Source: an alpha proteobacterium HIMB59
GTDB taxonomy: Bacteria > Pseudomonadota > Alphaproteobacteria > HIMB59
Reading direction: 5' to 3'
Length of the DNA stretch: 32,000 nt
Assembly: GCA_000299115.1 (NCBI GenBank)
Contig: CP003801.1
Coordinates: 1,369,750-1,401,749, forward strand
This document shows, in pieces, positions 29,546 through 32,000 of the stretch. Made by a program: the position numbers and the translations under genes. The notes below the pieces were generated by a model. The model did no database searches. It was not told where the DNA came from and was given only the letters and a program-made list of their open reading frames with translations. Within the stretch, counting starts at the first letter, position 1. Each line of letters starts with the position of its first letter.

Positions 29546-31707
29546 ATGATGAATTAATTTTACAGCACGGTCTGACTCTAGATGAATTTCAAGTAATTAA
29601 AGATTATTTAAAAAGAGATTTAACTATCGAGGAACTAGGAATTTTCTCTGCTATGTGGAATGAACATTGTTGTTATAAAACTTCTAAGAAATGGTTGAAA
29701 AAGTTACCTACTAATAATGAGATAGTTATACAAGGCCCTGGTGAAAATGCGGGAATCATTGATGTAAAAGACAATGATTGTATTGCTTTCAAAATTGAAA
29801 GTCATAATCATCCCAGCTACATAGAACCCTTCAACGGCTCAGCAACTGGCGTAGGTGGAATTTTAAGAGATATTTTTACTATGGGCGCTAGACCTATAGC
29901 TACTTTGGACTCAATTCGATTCGGAGAAATATCCTCAGATAAGACAAAATATTTATTAAATGGTGTTGTTCATGGCATTGGGCACTATGGAAATTGCATC
30001 GGTATCCCCAATATTGGCGGTGAATGTGAATTCGATAAAACTTACGATTTTAATAATCTAGTTAATGCAATGGCTATAGGCCATGTTAAAAACGACTCAA
30101 TATTTTACTCTAAACCTAAAACTATTGGCGGTTTAATTGTCTATATTGGTTCAAAAACCGGAAAAGATGGGATCCATGGCGCCAGTATGGCATCTGATGT
30201 TTTCTCTGAAGATGATGAAGATGAAAAAAGACCTTCAGTGCAAGTTGGGGACCCTTTCATGGAGAAACTATTAATGGAAGGCTGTCTTGAATTAATGTCC
30301 TCAGGTCTAATTGAGTCTATGCAAGATATGGGTGCGGCTGGCATAACTTCCTCTTCTGTTGAGATGGCCTCTAAAGGAAATGTCGGTGTTCAAATAAACC
30401 TAGATAAGGTGCCCTTACGTCAACCCCTGACCCCTTATGAGATTTTACTATCAGAGAGCCAAGAAAGAATGCTAGCTGTTATAGACAAAGATAATAATGA
30501 AAAAATTAGAGAGATACTCAAAAAGTGGCAAATAGACTATGAAGTTATAGGAGAAATAACAAATACTAAAAGAGTAGTATTTTCTTCTAATGAAAAAATT
30601 GTTGTAGATTTACCTGTCAATATAATTGTTGATGATGCCCCTGAGTATGATCGAGAATTTTCCCTTCCAAAGAAAAGAAAAAAAAGAAATTTTGATACAT
30701 CTAAATTAGATATCGAAAAAATGATTTCAAATTATATGAATAATTTGAATTATTTAGATAAGAGTTGGGTGTACAACCAGTATGACTCTACAGTTATGGG
30801 GGATACTATTAAAGAGCCTGGTCAATCCGCAGGAATAGTCAAGATCCATAACACAGAAAAGGCTATAGGTGCCACTACTGACTGTAATCCTCTTTACATT
30901 CGTATTAATCCTGAGAAAGGTATGATTTATACAGTTTTGGAGGCATATAGAAACCTTGTTGCCTCTAATATTAAACCCATGGCAATTACGAATAATCTAA
31001 ATTTTGCGAGCCCTCTTGATCCAAATATTATGGGAGAAATAGTTTTATCAATAAGTGGTTTATCTGATATAGCGAAAAAATTAGATACACCGATCGTATC
31101 TGGAAATGTTTCCCTTTATAATCAAACAAATGATAGACCCATCAACCCTACTCCCGTAATTGGTATGGTTGGTTGTAATTCGAATTGGAAAAACCTATTA
31201 CAAAATAAATTTATTGGAGAAAATGATGAATTAATCCTCCTAGGCAAAAGTCTGGGCGCTGACTTTAGCCCCTATTTTCTTCAGGATCAAAAAATTACAA
31301 ATTCAATTTGTGATTTTAATGAACTGTTAGCGCCTGAAATCAATTTAGAAATTAAAACTGCTAAATTTATTCAAGAAGCAGCTGAAAAAAATCTTATTCA
31401 ATCTTCCAATGATATTTCAAGAGGTGGTGTATTTATGTCTTTAATAAAAATGACTCAAAAAAATCTTGGTTTTTCCATAGAGATCAATGAGGAAAAAGAT
31501 ATTTTCTGTGAGTACTCTGCAGGATATATATTAGCTATTAACCCAAAAAATAAAGAGGAAGTTTTTTCAATGCTAAATCAAAATCAAATTAATTATTTAT
31601 CTATAGGGCATGTAAAATTAAATACTTTTGAAATAAATTCCAAAAAATTTGAATATTCTGATATGTTGGAAAAATATAATAATAATTTTAAAAAAATAAT
31701 TAATTAA
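29542..31707 (+). CDS. purL: FGAM synthase subunit PurL (small-PurL type)
   Basis: 721 aa. MWNEHCCYKTSK, GENAGIIDV, KIESHNHPSYIEPFNGSATGVGGILRDIFTMGARP, VQVGDPFMEK, LQDMGAAGITSSS, LSESQERML. Confidence 0.93.
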   Translation: MNDELILQHGLTLDEFQVIKDYLKRDLTIEELGIFSAMWNEHCCYKTSKKWLKKLPTNNEIVIQGPGENAGIIDVKDNDCIAFKIESHNHPSYIEPFNGSATGVGGILRDIFTMGARPIATLDSIRFGEISSDKTKYLLNGVVHGIGHYGNCIGIPNIGGECEFDKTYDFNNLVNAMAIGHVKNDSIFYSKPKTIGGLIVYIGSKTGKDGIHGASMASDVFSEDDEDEKRPSVQVGDPFMEKLLMEGCLELMSSGLIESMQDMGAAGITSSSVEMASKGNVGVQINLDKVPLRQPLTPYEILLSESQERMLAVIDKDNNEKIREILKKWQIDYEVIGEITNTKRVVFSSNEKIVVDLPVNIIVDDAPEYDREFSLPKKRKKRNFDTSKLDIEKMISNYMNNLNYLDKSWVYNQYDSTVMGDTIKEPGQSAGIVKIHNTEKAIGATTDCNPLYIRINPEKGMIYTVLEAYRNLVASNIKPMAITNNLNFASPLDPNIMGEIVLSISGLSDIAKKLDTPIVSGNVSLYNQTNDRPINPTPVIGMVGCNSNWKNLLQNKFIGENDELILLGKSLGADFSPYFLQDQKITNSICDFNELLAPEINLEIKTAKFIQEAAEKNLIQSSNDISRGGVFMSLIKMTQKNLGFSIEINEEKDIFCEYSAGYILAINPKNKEEVFSMLNQNQINYLSIGHVKLNTFEINSKKFEYSDMLEKYNNNFKKIIN

Positions 31708-31941
31708 ATGCCAATTGAACAAAAAAAATTAGAAAGTTTGATAGCTAATAAATTTCCAGAATCTAAAATTTTGGTAGAAGACCTCGCTGGAGATAATAAT
31801 CACTACTCAGTAACGATAGAAAGTTCAAAATTTAATGGTCTTTCAAGAATCCAACAACATCAATTAGTTTATCAGTCTTTAGAAGGATTAATGGACTCAG
31901 AATTACACGCTATGCAACTTAAAACGAAAGGAACAATTTAA
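31708..31941 (+). CDS. bolA: BolA-family protein
   Basis: 77 aa. DLAGDNNHYSVTIESSKFNGLSRIQQHQLVYQSL....LHAMQLKT (BolA H/C...F.G......H..V..L...IHA motif). Confidence 0.8.
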   Translation: MPIEQKKLESLIANKFPESKILVEDLAGDNNHYSVTIESSKFNGLSRIQQHQLVYQSLEGLMDSELHAMQLKTKGTI

Positions 31942-32000
31942 TGGAATTAGACAATGCAACTAAAGAAAATATTGAAAAGATGATTGGGGAGAATGACGTA
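31941..32000 (+). CDS. grxD: Probable monothiol glutaredoxin (Grx4 family), first 20 codons; the gene runs off the right edge
   Basis: The ATG at 31941 overlaps the bolA stop (TAATG). MELDNATKENIEKMIGENDV resembles the Grx4 N-terminal helix that precedes VVLFMKG. bolA-grxD adjacency is widespread. The active site is not in the window. Confidence 0.5.
   Translation, partial: MELDNATKENIEKMIGENDV

Overview
This window comes from a very AT-rich, gene-dense, streamlined genome of alphaproteobacterial type. The evidence is the 16S 5' region ...TCAGAACGAACGC, the 16S-tRNAIle-tRNAAla-23S-5S operon, and purL-bolA-grxD linkage. The style resembles SAR11/Pelagibacterales, but the lineage cannot be fixed without a database search.

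Layout:
- (i) 1-11823 is the left arm of a cell-surface glycan island. It holds a DegT aminotransferase (partial), a DPM1-like GT2, a CDP-paratose-2-epimerase-like SDR, an FkbM methyltransferase, a GT9 heptosyltransferase, a gmhA-hldD-hldE ADP-heptose operon, two large polytopic GT-C-like membrane proteins, a second DPM1-like GT2 and a nucleotide-sugar dehydrogenase.
- (ii) 11896-16656 is one complete minus-strand rRNA operon, with a recognisable promoter/UP region, boxA and processing stems.
- (iii) 16941-24250 is the right arm of the island. It holds a Gfo/Idh/MocA oxidoreductase, a PseB/CapD-like 4,6-dehydratase, a sugar-phosphate nucleotidyltransferase, a third DPM1-like GT2, a small membrane partner, a third GT-C-like protein, tRNA-fMet and an AsnB-like amidotransferase.
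- (iv) 24306-32000 is a conserved housekeeping block: tRNA-Met(CAU), cinA-like, sfsA, map, purB-purC-purS-purQ-purL, bolA and the start of grxD.

I found no transposase, integrase, CRISPR array, toxin-antitoxin pair or recognisable defence genes.

The points most worth a second look:
- hldE is split exactly at an A13 run, and a -1 slip repairs it.
- The pairing 'polyprenyl-phosphate sugar synthase + uncharacterised GT-C-like membrane protein' occurs three times.
- The rRNA operon sits inside the glycan island.
- One GT-C-like gene abuts the initiator tRNA and has no canonical start codon.
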